Assembly: GCA_964016885.1 (NCBI GenBank) | Contig: OZ024741.1 | Span: 363,816,001-363,880,000, forward strand | Direction: 5' to 3' | Length of the DNA stretch: 64,000 nucleotides | Source of the DNA: Eledone cirrhosa | Taxonomy: Eukaryota | Shown here: positions 1 through 24,773 of the stretch, piece after piece | Position numbering within the stretch: the stretch's first letter is position 1 | Layout: each line of letters begins with the position of its first letter | Notes under the pieces: model-generated | The model's database searches: none | The model's input: only the letters and a program-made list of their open reading frames with translations | Told to the model about the DNA's origin: nothing | Translations under genes and position numbers: made by a program

Positions 1-8538
<8,538 letters not shown>

Positions 8539-8847
8539 TATATATATACATATACATATGTTGGTGCCACAACATCCAGGCCGAAACAAATGAGATCGTG
8601 TAGGTGTCACGTAAAAAAAAACACACAGTTCATGCTGTAATGTGGCCGTGTAGGCAACACGGTAAAAACCTCCCAGCCCCACACTGTAAATGTGGTTGGT
8701 GTTAGGAAGGGCATCCAGCTGTAGAAAACCTGCCAGATTGTCCTATGCGAGCAAGATAATCACTCTTGCCTCAAGTGGGAAAACCCCCGTCCAAAGCCAT
8801 GCAAGCGTGGAACACGGACGTTAAACGTTGATGATGATGATGATGAC
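8539..8847 (+). mobile_element. RTE-tail SINE or RTE 3' UTR with (ATG)n tail
   Basis: gttaggaagggcatccagctgtagaaa...aaacgttgatgatgatg; closely similar inverted copy at 35878-36168. Confidence 0.8.
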
Positions 8848-9029
8848 ATACATACATACACATATATATATGCCGTACTAAGAGTGAGAAACGAAATTTC
8901 GTTTCCTTCTATTCCATTTCTCGTTTTCGGTGTGCCCGGCCGACTGAACTCAGTCGATATGCAAGTTAGGCTGCTCAGCCGTTAATATGCATAAGGAAAG
9001 TATATACTTTCAGACATTCAACCATCTGG

Positions 9030-9088
9030 CAGGAAGGTATACGATGCTGACGATAGCTACCAAGCTTGAAACTAGTACATCGTTCCTG
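9030..9088 (+). ncRNA. Minimal type I hammerhead ribozyme
   Basis: Stem I ACGATG/CATCGT (extended by CAGGA/TCCTG across a bulge), core CTGACGA, stem II AGCT-acca-AGCT, GAAA, palindromic stem III ACTAGT, cleavage triplet GTA at 9075-9077. Confidence 0.8.
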
Positions 9089-9348
9089 TGTCAGTGTTGA
9101 ACAAAAAGGTGACGTGGTTGCCTAAACACTGTACGGCGTAATTCGGGCTCTTTGTTCGTTTACAAACAAACAAACCGAGCATTATAATAAATGTTCGGTA
9201 AACCGATACGTGCATATATATATGTGTGCATGTATGTATATATACATACTACTATACATCTGTATACATATATGTATGTACGTATACATACATTTAAGTA
9301 AGTGCCATACTAAGAGTGAGAAATGAAATTTCGTTTCATTCTATTCCA

Positions 9349-11408
<2,060 letters not shown>

Positions 11409-13054
11409 TCATTTATTAAGGCAAAATATTGAGTCTTGTTACTCTGGTGAAACTCCAGAGTAACAAGTCTCTCCAGTTAACCATATTAAATAAATGCGAG
11501 CAGGACCTGTGGAAATTCCACAGCTGAAAAAAATTAAGAGGATCTATTTAAGAGATGATCTTTTAGTAGCATACTATTTCTTCTCTCCTGTTATCTTAGT
11601 CTACCTTGCTCATGTCTCTGTTGTTGTCATCTTCTTTCTTTTCATATTAATTTTTGCTGTTCCTGTCTGATCCATGCTCTATATCTGCGCATCCTCTCTC
11701 AAGCAGTTTGCTACCATCTTTCTTGGTGTAGAAAGAATAAATCCATTTTATTAAGTTGCTTCTTTGTGTAAGTATTAAATGTACATAATAAATTTCTTAA
11801 TATACATTATTAAACACATGTATGAACTGGTAAGTTAAGGTTAAATGTGTATTTGCAACTGTATATATCTTCTTTCACATAGAGACCAGCATCTGAACAT
11901 TCATTACAATTGCATGAGTATATAAATATAAATGTGCAAATAAACATATAGAAACATAAACACACACCCACCCACACAAACATATACATAAGCAGACACA
12001 GAGAAAATAGTTATTACATAGTGTTCTAGGATTCATTACAATTATGTGTTTGTATATATATGTATGAGTATATAAATATAAATGCGCAAACACATCCTTA
12101 TACATAAATAGACACAAGAGAAAATAATTATTACATACACAGCGTCGTAGGATTCATTATAATTGTGTGTATGTGTATACATTTATATGCATGAGCATAT
12201 AAATATAAACACACACACACACTCACATAAGTGTAGCTAATCTTGGAAAGCTTGTCACTAAAGTGTTTCACCCACCTCCCTTCCTCAATCATTACATAGC
12301 TGTGTGTATATGTAATAATCATTTTGTATAATGTCTGTATTTGTGAATCTGTATGTGTAAATATGTGTGTTTGTACTTCTGTTGTCTCTGTATCAGTTTA
12401 TGTATTTAGGTGTAGATGTGTGTGTATGTAACTAAAGCGTAACATACACATGAACAAATGGATGAAACACAAAGAACTATATGATTTAAACTCTACTTTG
12501 GTATTGAGTACTCTTTTCTATTGTCTGTCAACTACATATGGATATATATATATATATATCTGGACTCGTGGAAACACCTGTACTCCAAGATTTGCTAGAC
12601 AAGAATGACCAAATCTGAATAAAAATTTTAGATCCGAAAGGGCTATCAACTAACACATACTAACTGTTGGAATCTTTATGCCTCTTGATAGTTATCCACC
12701 TCTCTGTTCTATATGGTTGAAGCTTTCCTATTAACAAATCAATATGATGTGTTCTGTAGCATGTTTCTCACCCACGTGACTCAGCCTACATTGAGCAGTT
12801 TATAAAAAGCTTGACTGGTGAATTTTCCCTCTGCCATTAAATTGATCGAATTCCTCAAAATTTCTACATTATATATACACACACACATACATACATATAA
12901 GAATGGTTTTCCAAAAGGGATCAGAAAGTAACCAGTTAAATAAAGTGAAACTAATCAGTCACCTCCAAGGTCCTTACACCAGAAGGATGAGTGCCTTCAA
13001 ATAATTGGGATTATTTTATCTATTTTCCTTTTACTTATGGTTCCAATGTTTGAT

Positions 13055-13266
13055 TTAACCCTTTAGCATTTAAACCGGCTGTATCTGGCCAGAATTCTCT
13101 CACCACTTTCTGTTAAAACCTGTCGTAACTGGCCACTCGTACTGATGTTAAGGTATTGTTCTCAAAATCTCATAGATTCGATATTATGAGATAATTATGT
13201 GAGATAAAGTGTTTACCATGAAAATATAATAGTAAATATAGAGTAATGTAAATGTTAAAGGGTTAA
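13055..13266. mobile_element. piggyBac-type MITE, family A
   Basis: TTAA|CCCTTTAGCATTTA...TAAATGTTAAAGGG|TTAA terminal inverted repeats with TTAA target site. Confidence 0.85.
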
Positions 13267-13597
13267 GTTTATCAGCCCAACTGAGGGTTTACTCTCAAAG
13301 TTTGGCTTGTAGTTCTTCAGTTATCTTCATTGATAATCACTATATATATCATTCTTAGGTTACTTTACATTTTTTTAAAATGCAAAATGGTTAAGGTGTT
13401 GGACTTATGATCATATTGTGGGTTCAATTGTTGGACCAAGCATTTCATTTTACATTGCTCCAGTCAACCCAGCTGAAAAAGGAATACTTATAGCAGTTGG
13501 GTATTGACTCTGCAATGAAACCTGGCATGGGACGGATGAGTTCATCAATAGGATCTGATGAAGAGCCTTCTTCTTTGACTATCTAGAAGTAGCATCT

Positions 13598-13915
13598 GCC
13601 AAGAATGAAAAGTTTGGATTCAAAATAAATAGAGCACCACCTACCAATAAATTGTTCGAGGATGACCTATTTAAGTTAATAAAGAACTTGAAATTCTGGA
13701 AAACTAAACTAAGGTTGCAATCATTCCTGAAGAAAGAGTTCCACAAAAATTAAGAATTTGAAAAACGAGCTCAGCATGCACCCTCCCCTCTCACATAATA
13801 CCTTGCATCAAGTGCTGTTAACAACACATACAAAAAGTTGACAATATCCTCAATGAAATTAATATCCAGGGCAAATAGATTACCAACTGAGTAAAGATTG
13901 ACGATAGAAAAGAAC
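13598..13915 (+). mobile_element. Degenerate Penelope-like ORF N-terminal fragment
   Basis: Remnant peptides NEKFGFKINRAPP, FEDDLFKLIKNLKF, NTYKK, NEINIQGK...KIDDR resemble pre-RT PLE segments; frameshifted. Confidence 0.55.
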
Positions 13916-14968
13916 CCTCTAAGGCGAAACCCCACATCTAACGTTAGGGCTAGGGCTAAATAACTGAAGATTACCTGATTACAAAGGAAAGATGGGGTTG
14001 TTGACTGCTAATACAATCCAAATAATTGTACAACTGACAGTGAATTCCTGACCTGAATTTTGAAAAATTGTTTAAAAATATTAGCATGAAAAGACAGAAA
14101 TAAAATTAAAATAATTTGCATATATATTTCACTTTTGTATTTTAGGAGGGTCATGCTGCTAGTCAAAACATGTACCTATTGACTTTCATTTCAGTTTTAT
14201 TATTAATCAGACAGAAAAGATAGAGTGTAGATGAAGAGGAAAGCCAGAGGGCAATAGTTATTAATAAAGTCACTGGTTGTGATAAAAGCAATTTGACAAT
14301 TAATTGACAAACTAACTAATGAATTAATTACCTGATTAATAATAAAACTGATGAGAAATTCAACCAGCACCTGCATGACCCTTCCTAAATATTGTATATT
14401 TTATAGATTTAAATAGCGGGTGGGATTTTCAAATTTATTGCAGTACTCTGAGTTCAATATCAGTAATTTAAAAAAAAATATATTTATATATATAAAATAC
14501 AGTTTAACCCTTTTGCTACCATATATGGTAAGACAATGGCTATGATTTTCAAATAATTTTGAAAATATTCAAGTAACTTTCTCATTAATAAGCTAGTGTT
14601 TTTCTACAATAACAAAGGGTCTTCCATAATTTACGATGGACGGTATTAAGATTAGTAGAAACACTGAAAAAGAAACAGTATATTATCATAGTACAATGGC
14701 CTGTTTAAAGCAGTTTGGTTTAAAAAAGCTTAAAGGTGTATTAACTCTTAGAAGAAACCACTTCACAATTTCAGAAACCAGAGAATGTATGTCGAAAGAA
14801 CTTAGAAATATTTCTTCAAATACTTTTGAAGAAAAGGCAAAGAATCAACTGTCACATTAGACCAAGAAAACAGTTTCCATTGGTCTTTCAATTGTTGATA
14901 CTATTTGCTAATTGAAGTTCTTGATAAAAGAAGACAAGATTTGAACACAGAATGCAGAGAGCTGATCA

Positions 14969-15176
14969 TTAACCCTTTAGCATTTAAACTGGCCGTATCC
15001 GGCCAGAATTCTCTCACCTCTTTTTGTTTAAACTGGCCACTCATACTGATGTTAAGGTATTGTTCTCAAAATAAATAATATCAAAATCTCATAGAATCGG
15101 TATTATGTGAGATAAAGCCTTTACTGTGAAAATACAATAGCATATATAGAGAGTAATATAAATGCTAAAGGGTTAA
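14969..15176. mobile_element. piggyBac-type MITE, family A, second copy
   Basis: Same TIR and TTAA flanks; closely similar to 13055-13266. Confidence 0.85.
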
Positions 15177-16086
15177 ATCAAACCAAGGAAACAATGTTTC
15201 CATTGCTGAATCCAACATTTTAACAATTCTCCCAGGTCACTGCCTGGAAGAAATTGAACTAAAAAAAAAAAAAAAAAATTAAATACTTGGATAATTTTTC
15301 TTCTAAATAATATATTTATTTAGGCCTTTTTTTTTCATTTTTCTTAAAATTAGTGTTATTATTTTTATTTTGAAAAGATCAAAGATAATTTGCAATAATC
15401 ATTTTATTACACAGAACATAAAAGTAATATTAGAGAGTTAGTAAGGATGATAGATTTTAAATAACAAACATAGTAAAGCAAATACATTTACAGAAATCTA
15501 TATTTTTATTTATTTTTTTGTGGGGGTAAACTGTACTGATTACATAATCAACGAAAGGAATATTAGAGTATATATTACATAATTTATATTTTTAAAATAG
15601 GTTAAAGTCTGTCTTTAGCCTGGCTCATGAGGCTGGAAATAAACTTGGTTTCATTGACGTTAAGTGACTGAGAATACCAGCCTCTTCCCTGGATAGGACT
15701 CCAGTCCACCAAAGATTTAACCCCCAATTGTTGTTGCTGGTGGTACTTATTTTCACTGGCTCACCATGAAATCAAATGTTTTGCCCAAGAAGACAATGTG
15801 TCACCCAGCCCAGAAATTGCACATATATATATATAATAAGCATTTATATTGTGTTATTGTTGTTAGATTTGAACTAGTTTCTGATAGAAACAACAAAACC
15901 AATGATTATGATGACTGTTATAATGGCAATGTAAACAAAGCTTACATTCTGATGAGTTTCAATCAAAGATTTTATACATCATTAGATACATTTCTGTATA
16001 TATAATAAGCTTTAAATTCTGCTGAAAAAAAAAAAATAGAAATTTAGGATTTCCTTGATCAAAAGCCCAACATTCTGTGCTGCTAT

Positions 16087-16121
<35 letters not shown>

Positions 16122-17611
16122 GATTATCCTGGAGGTTTTGTTCATCTGTCACACAAATACCAGACAAAAATTAGGAGGGAGGGTTGCAGGTGGAGGCAAA
16201 TACCCTAAAATACATTCTCTGTCAATGGTGTTGCCTATCTATCTACCATCTCTCTAGTTATATGTGTCTGTATGTATGTATATATATATATACATACAAA
16301 CATTGCTTGGTTAAACCAAATATTACTTATTCTATCTCTAAAACAATGAGTTATGTTCTAGTATATTTTATTATAACAGAATAAACAATCCTTTGGGTTG
16401 GTATTGTTTTTCTTCCTTTGATTGATTTCAATGCATAATAATAACAGTATGTATAACATTTAACATCATTTAATCTTGAGAATCAGATTATCCACTTCGT
16501 TATACATAACTTAGTAATAACAACTCCAAAATACATATAGTTTAGATTTAATTTGTATTTGTTAAAAAATAGTTACTAAAAAAACAAAAAACCCAGCATA
16601 GTTTCCTTGATCAGGTGAGACCAAGGAAACTATGCTGGTCATTAAATTGCAAATACTATCTGCTGGTCACAATTCTTGGCAGAAGAATCACTGCTCTCCC
16701 AATGAGCCAGAACAAATGCTGCAAAGCATTTTGTCTGATTCTTTAACAATTCTGTCAATCCACTGTCTATGTAATGAAACTTTATTTATTGACCCCAAAA
16801 GAATGAAGGCAAAGTTGACCATGGCAAGTTTTATACTCAAAGTGCTACAAATACCAAAACATTTAATCTGATGCACTGTTTCTGCCAATTTGTCGCTAAT
16901 TACTAAACTTAAAAATTCACCAATAAATCAATATTTAATATACATCTTAAACGATTCGATATTTCGAAAGCATTAAATTGTTTATTTCTACTGTTTAATC
17001 AACAGTGTAAATAACTGAATTACTAATTATAAAGGAAAGGAGCTGATTGTCAAATTGGACCAAGGAAACAATATTTCCATAGGATTTCCATTGCTGACAC
17101 TTTCTGCCAGTTGCAAGTCTTGAGGATGGATTTGAACTCAGACTCAGAATGCACAGAGCTGGATCAGATACAGCAAAGCATCCTGGCCAATCCTTTAGTA
17201 ATTCTGCTGATCCACGATCTATTGTTGCTGAACTAAGGCAAATTTGACTTTGGTAGGATTTGAACTCAGAGTACAGTGAGCCAAAACAAATGAAGCATTT
17301 TAATCCACCCTACTAACGACCCTGACAATTTTCTAATTTATCCAAATATAGATAAATGAAGTGAAAACAATAATCAAGAATTCTTTTCATTTGGCAGGAT
17401 TTAAACTCAGTGCAATAAATCAAAGCAAATACTGAAGAATGTAATCTGACGCTCTAATGACTTAATTTCACCATCTAATTATGAAATAGATTAAAAATCA
17501 CAGGATTAATCTGATAGGATTTGAAGAAATTGTATCATAATAGATGTATTTTATTTGTTAAATTCCTACCAATTGAGATGAAAGAGAGAGTAAACTTACA
17601 TTTCAAAATAT

Positions 17612-17859
17612 ATATTTATTTTTTCATAAGATCAGTGAGAGTTTGATACTGTCAGTTTCATTTGTCATTTCATCAACGGGCTACACTTTCAAAGAAACAT
17701 TTATCGTGAAGCCCTTGAAGAAGACATTCTTCAAAGAATTTTCTCTCTATGGACTGCACTTTGTCAATAAATGTTCTATTGAAAATGTAGCCAGTTGTTA
17801 AAATTCTAAATGAAATTGACAGTATCAAACTTTGACTGATTTCATGAAGAAATAAATAT
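17612..17859. repeat. Long imperfect inverted repeat, arms ~100 bp
   Basis: 17612-17711 versus 17759-17859, e.g. agtttgatactgtcagtttcattt / aaatgaaattgacagtatcaaact. Confidence 0.9.
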
Positions 17860-18158
17860 TACCTCTACTTTTACATATTGTAGGTGCCTTCTTTCATTAT
17901 ATAAAATCCATTCAAGTAACTATATACACATATTGTGTACTACTTTGATTTGCTATCTTTTTGGTTTTCAAACATGCATATACATACCTTTGCTTTAAAC
18001 CTTTTCAATCAAGTTCTAGCTTTCATTAATAGTTGAAAGTTAATAATTTTAGCAGATTTCCCCAATTAAAAAATCAGAATTAGATTAAATATTGATTGAT
18101 CATTAAAGCACCTCTATGTGAGAAGAACAATGAGGAAAATTTGAAGGTAAAACAAAAC

Positions 18159-18202
<44 letters not shown>

Positions 18203-19169
18203 TACATACATATATATATTCATATACAGATATGACACCATTTATTCAGATTCTAAAAATTTGAAAAATCCTGAAAACAGACTAATTTTGTAACTGTCAT
18301 ATTATCTACCTTTCTTTGTTTAATTTTCATCCTATATATTATACTTGATACAGGTATTCTACATAGGTATTATAAGAATTTTAAAATGTATTAGTATAAT
18401 CAAACAGACCCTGTGATCTTGCCTTAGCAGTGTATTAGTTTGAATCTGTTAAATACAGTTTTGTTCATTACTTTTCATTGTATATTTTATATATCAAATA
18501 TATATATACTTAGCCTGCATCCAGAAATCTGGACCACCTCTAGCTGCAAGCATACTGGATAAATGGTTCAGTACTTGTATATGGAAAATAATCAAAATAT
18601 GAATTTTGCTTTTTGTGACATAATTACTACTGATATATATATAATGAAACTTTCTTTGAGTGTATCGCTTTAGGTGTAAATTTTACATATGCAAATAAAA
18701 TAGGATTACATAATCATCTAGAATTAATTAAATGAAGTAAAAATAATAATTAGACATAGATTGATAGAATAATACCATTTATTGCTCAGCTAACTTTTTT
18801 TTGTTGTATTTTAAAAAATCAAAACCCATCCATTAAATATGTGAGTAGAGTTTTGAGGATAACAGTGTAGAAGTTCGACAGAATAATTATTGCAGTTCAA
18901 ATCTCTTTTTCCTTCACCAACTATACTCTTATATATATATATTACTAATCTTCAACTGTTGTATTATAATCTGCTTTGCTTGGGCGATTTAGATTTTCCC
19001 TCCAATATTGCCATCTAACTTGCGTATTAATCAGCATGGCAATTAATCCACAAATTTCATCATCATCATCTTCTGTATTACCAAAAACAGTTAAGCTGCT
19101 ACTAAATTATATAATCTGTATAATTCTGACAACAAAAATCAAACCAGGAATTATTTAAAGCCTAATTGC

Positions 19170-19229
<60 letters not shown>

Positions 19230-19330
19230 CATTATCATTTATACATTGGCATGGAAAAGGTGCATGTAAAAATGATTCATCCTCATCATTTTTATATCAG
19301 CATGGGAAAAATAAATGTAAAACTGATGTT

Positions 19331-19368
<38 letters not shown>

Positions 19369-19715
19369 CATACAAATATAAAATTCTGTTTAATATCACC
19401 TCCCTATCCCACAAAATTTCCATAAATAATCATATATCTTGTAGTAGATTACAGTGGGTTTCACTGTTTGAACTAAAAACAATAGTGAGTGACCTTTCTG
19501 TCAATAACTAATTCCCAATGATCACCAACTGATGAAATCAATTGTAAATTGGTTTTACAGTTAGTTCAGTGTTGATATCCAAACTTTGTTGTACAATGTC
19601 AGTCTTTAAACAGACTCAGTGAGATGATTGGACATAAAACTGAAGTCACACCAAATCTGTCAATTAGTGAATATATGTGTGTATGTGTTTAAGTAAGTAT
19701 ATATGAGTGTGTGAA

Positions 19716-20017
19716 TAACTGAGAGAAAGGTAAGTTATAAGATAGGGGTTTGTTGCAGAATCAGTCTTCAGACCAACAAGGAAAGCTACATTCAGTAGAG
19801 ATAAGAGAAGGATTATTACAGATAATCAATCTTAATCTATTTTCCAGTTTTTATATACTCCAGGAGGATGCGTAAGTAACTGATAGAAAGGTAAGCTAGT
19901 GACAGAAAGGTGTTATTGCAGAATCATTTTTTTCAGACAAGGCAGGTTATAATTCAGAACGAGAGAAAGATTATTACAGATACCCAATGTTAATATATTT
20001 TTCCAAGTTTTGATATA
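19716..20017. repeat. Degenerate ~160-bp tandem duplication in the syndapin proximal 3' UTR
   Basis: taactgaNagaaaggtaag...ttgcagaatca...gattattacagata...ttttcca occurs twice. Confidence 0.8.
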
Positions 20018-20111
20018 GATCAGGTCAGGTCAGGGGTCAAAAAGGTCTTGTATGATAAAATAAAGGGGCTATATTAGCATATTTATCTAAGTGTTTTTTA
20101 TTGTTTATTTT

Positions 20112-20218
20112 TCACAGTGCTTCCACATAGGTGGCAGGGTAGAGGCCTACTCGACCGTCTTTGCGCCCTTTGCACCACCCTAATTCATCAGGATCAGAAA
20201 GTTTAGTGAACATTTCAC
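20112..20218 (-). CDS. PACSIN: Syndapin/PACSIN terminal coding exon, C-terminal half of SH3 domain
   Basis: Minus strand ttttctag|GTGAAATG...TGA translates (G)[34 protein letters not shown], matching the PACSIN SH3 signature GWCKGR...VGLYPxxYVE. Its phase-1 start fits the upstream exon. Confidence 0.95.
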
Positions 20219-20861
20219 CTAGAAAAATTAAAAAAAAAAGAGAAAATATTAGCTTGGAAGACAAGAAATTTAAAAAACATACACAAACATCATAATTTAA
20301 TGTTTTATAAATATATTTTCTTCTACATATTATCTCTCTCTCTCTTTCTCATACATACTATCTCTCTCTCTCACACATACTGTCTCTCTTCCATACACAA
20401 TCAGTTTCTCATTCTTTCTCTCACACATGTATTGCTTCTTCCCCCTTTCTCTTTTTCACACACAATCTCACTCTCTTACACACACACAAGCATATGTTTG
20501 CTTAGATATTTTTTGAGTTAAAATTGATTGAAAATGGAATTAAATTATTATTTAGAAAGTACTATTTAAAACAACAAAAAACAAAATATGACGAAAAAGT
20601 AATCTTTTAAATTTGTTTTTGAAATTTAATGAAAATTTTACTTTTTTTTTTAATAATTATATTTTTAAAAACTACAAGTGAATTTACTTTATTGTCAGCC
20701 AGTGGAAATTCCAAAAGTCAATAATGTAATGAACATTTTAAAATATAACTAAGATTTTTTAAAGAGAAGATTGGAAGACATGCATTTATAACACTAGCTG
20801 GTCAATAATTTTGCATGCTTGAAATCCAAGCCAAACCAGTTGTCATCTAGTAATGTAAGGT

Positions 20862-21087
20862 ATAAACTCTTAACGTCCTGTACTGCATCAAACCACGTTA
20901 ATGAAACATTCTTGAAACGTACAAAACAGTACTATAATTGTATCACATTAAAAATCAAAATATTGACTTTAATATTGCAAATTTTCAAGACAATCTTCTC
21001 GGCTAGTAAAGATACTAAAATCATTTGAATTAACAAACCTGTTTTTAGACATTTTCTGCTAAATCATTACAGGATGTTAAGAGTTAA
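20862..21087. mobile_element. MITE family C (representative copy)
   Basis: TIR AACTCTTAACGTCCTGTA / TACAGGATGTTAAGAGTT(AA). Related pieces at 21100-21305, 23550-23921, 38440-38650, 38860-39190 and nested at 44690-44890. Confidence 0.75.
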
Positions 21088-22712
21088 GCTATTACCTATT
21101 AATGTCTTGTATTGCATGGAAACATATTAGCAAAACATTCTTGAAAAGTACAAAACAGTATGACTGGATGACAAACATTTAAATTGTTACTCTAACACTG
21201 CAAATGTTTACAATGATCCACTAGTAAAGATACTATAAACATTTGAATTAACAAACCTGTTTTTATATATTTTTTGCTAAATCATTACAGGATGTTAAGA
21301 GTTAGGAAAAGAAGTCAGATTATGAGATTGTTTTAATGTAAAGGGCAGGGGGATGCCACAATATAAAAATAATGAATTTTCACTAATGAATTAATGAGTT
21401 GGGCTGTTTGATAGCTGAACAATGAACATTGAAACACAATAGATAGGTGTTGATGAAGGAAAAATGTTATTAACTAGTGCTGGGATTCAGTGAAAGCATA
21501 CTACATTGCAATATTAGGTATGATTTTGAAAGAATAATGAATCAGGTTTAAATGAGAATGAACATTTTAATGGCTATTTATCTCAGACACTGCAATATTT
21601 TTGATTATGGAAAATTTGGTCTAACATAACTAAATACAATAAATATGAAGAGGCACAAGAAAAACAAAAAAAAACAATATATATTTTTTTTTCATTATTA
21701 TCATTTTACGTCCACTTTTCCCTGCTTTATGGGCGAAAACAACAGAAAAACAAACAAAATATCTCAGTCGATCGCTGGAGATTCGTTATTTCAGTGCTTT
21801 TGGTTGACTGATGAGACGAGTCTGTCTGTTTCGTTCATTTTTCTGTTGTCTTCACCGATATTTTTTTTTTCATTTTGCATGATTTTAGCCATGCAGGACT
21901 CGTTTTTCAAATTTATATATATATTCCCCTACAGAGTTTTTGTTTACAAGACATAAAACTGCTTTTCATATCCTCACTCCCAAAGATCCCATTTGGTCAT
22001 AACTAACCATGGGTTTGCACCTAGAAAGTTCCTCTCCAAAACATTAAGCAGAGTTCACTGTTGCAAGCACTTAAGCCTTTCGTTACCATATTTCTAAATG
22101 AAAAACACTGTCTGATTTTTAAATAATTTTGAAAATAATCAAGAATTTGGAGGGTTTTAGAAACACAATCTTTTCATTTTTAAATTGGTATTTGGAACAT
22201 AAAGGTTCTTACATAGAATTATGATTGAAGGATTTTAGATAAATATAAATACTTTAAAATATACCCCTTAGTATTGTAGAACTAGGGGTTGTTTCAAGTG
22301 GTTTCGTGTCAAAAGGCTTAAGCTAACATCTCTAGTTATCTCCCTAACCATGTTTTTTTTTTTATCCCAATATTCAGGCTGAATACCAACGACAACTTCT
22401 CACCAGTATTTGGAGGGTCTGAAACAGGGTTGCCAGATTTGGTTACAAGTATCATATTTCATTACAACTGAATACTATTTTTATTTGGGTTACTTTTTAC
22501 TTCAAATTTTTAACTCTTAAACTGCATAAAACAATAAGATCTTTTTTAATAAAACAGCACCATGACTACGCCACATTAGTGATAGTTTAAACACTTGTTA
22601 ACAAACATGCTTCTAGATATTTTCTACTAAAGCATTGCAAGGTGTTAAGAGTTGAATTCTATTGAGTGTCACATTAAATTATCAACTAAATTTGAACCAA
22701 CTTGCTGGCAAT

Positions 22713-22749
<37 letters not shown>

Positions 22750-23971
22750 TGTTGTCGGATAGCAGGGTGCTATCGGACAACATAAAACAAGGGAATAGAC
22801 AGTATATCCCTGTCATCATCTATTGTATGAGGCTCAGACGTACTTTCAGCCCTTTAAACAATAGAACTGTTTGTCATATTAGGTCTATGGCTTTACAATA
22901 GCTTCCATATTTATAATTCAGCAGCAAAATTGAAATTTTGGGCTACTTTCCAATGCAATTTGCTACCTTTTGAAAGTTTTTGGCTACATTATATAAAATT
23001 GATCTGGAAACTCTGGCCTGAAGAATAAAAATATACTGATTCTCACTCTTTAACTTATTTAACACATTGAAGTTAAATACTTTTTGAAGTACCTACAGCA
23101 TATGATAATCACTATTCATGATTTAAAAGAAAGTTAGGAACTCTAAACACAAACAGCCAGATTAAAAAGGAAATGAAAGGAAAAAAAAAAGAACTAAATT
23201 CCTAGCTGACACCTGTGCGGGTTTAGGTGATCTCCTGTGAGGCTGCATCTCTTAGGAGATCTTTCTGTTATTTTAGTGATAGCGACCAAAGTCCTATAAT
23301 GAAAACCAATGTGAAAGGAAGTGTCTTGCTCAAGAACACAGTGAAGTGTCCAGTTCAGGAATCGAACCTATGACTTTATTATTGTGAGCTGAATACCCTA
23401 ACCACTTGGCAAAGACAAGACTTGACCCACAAAGAAAAAACGAAAATCAACAAGAATAATTTCCCCTCTATTATAAAAGAAAGGATTAGTATCTTTCAGG
23501 ATAAATAAAATGAAGAGAAGAATTTACTTTTGATTTTTCAAACAAGACATCATTAACTCAATGTCCTGTACCACATAAAAAACACTTCAGCAATGAACTC
23601 TCTAATGTTAGAAGGATAACTCTGTTATGTAATAAATTAACTATGCCCATCTAACATTATTTTATAGCATAAATGACTACATCCCATTAAATATTAAAAT
23701 CTTTAGTCTAATACTGAAAATTTTCACCATGATCAGTCCACTAGTAAAGAGACTATAAACACCTGAATTAACAAACCTACTTTAAGACTAAAAATTAAAG
23801 TCTTTATTTTAATACTGCAAATTTTCACAATGATCTGTCTTCTAGTAATGATATAAGCTTTTGAATTAACAAACCTGTTTTTAGGGATTTTCTGCTAAAT
23901 CATTGTAGGATGTTAAGAGTAAAGTATTTTGATCTCTTTTCAGTTTTGTTTTTAAAGTAATCTGAGCTCAC

Positions 23972-24267
23972 CTGCTTTAAAGGTCAGCTCATCTTGAGCT
24001 GTTGCGCTATAATCATATAAAGCGCGCACCGGCACACCTGGTCGGTTATCATCCACCAATGTTAAGTCTTCATCCCATTCTTCACTGTCGGGATCACCAA
24101 ACGGATTCTTACCATCAGCAGCTTTGTTGTTATCAACAGCAATAGTAGTAGGAGTAGTAGAATTGATAGTAGTAGAAGTAGTAGTAGTGGTGGTAGGAAG
24201 AGGAGCAACGTATGATGTTGAATCGGAGTTTGTTTGATCAGGGTTATGATTGTCAGCAGTCTCAGCA
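23972..24267 (-). CDS. PACSIN: Syndapin/PACSIN penultimate exon: Thr-rich linker, NPF motif, N-terminal half of SH3
   Basis: tttgcag|...|gtgagc, 296 nt, phase 2 to 1. Translates AETADNHNPDQ...TTTTT...DGKNPFGDPDSEEWDEDLTLVDDNRPGVPVRALYDYSATAQDELTFKA(G). Confidence 0.95.
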
Positions 24268-24773
24268 CTGCAAAGTTAACAGAAACAGTCGGTGTGGAAT
24301 TGTGGCAACATAGGGAAACAAACAAGAAGAAGCAGGGAGGTGCAATAAGTTAGAGAAAAAAACAACAAAAAAACTTAAATCTACGGTAAAAAGAACAAAA
24401 ATAAAATAAAAACAGCGATTTTCTAAGGAACATGCATTTTGAAGGGGGAGAAATAAGAATGCAAAGGGGTTGACAGTATTACATGCAAAAGCAACATCGA
24501 GAAATAAAAAAAAAAGCAAAACTGTTGAATATGCAAACAGATAAAGCACATTGATGATAATAAGAATAATAAAAACAACAATTATAATAATAACAAATAG
24601 CTGTGCAAAGAGAAGGGAATTAGAAGTAACGGTGGTTTCCAGAACTTTCTCTTTTACAGTCATTAATGGATAATAATCCATAATAATATGGATACTTAAA
24701 ACATTTATTAATTGTTCAAAATATTCATTAATGAATAAAAAAATGTTTGCCCTTTTTACCTCCTAAATAATAT

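Noticed and set aside
23300-23410. tRNA-like A/B-box sequences here and near 13390, 34900, 37600, 62875
   Set aside because: Heads of tRNA-derived SINEs with no complete cloverleaf; not tRNA genes.
24062-24681. Hydrophobic Leu/Ile-rich minus-strand ORFs resembling membrane proteins
   Set aside because: Alternative frame of the Thr-rich exon plus intronic pyrimidine tracts.
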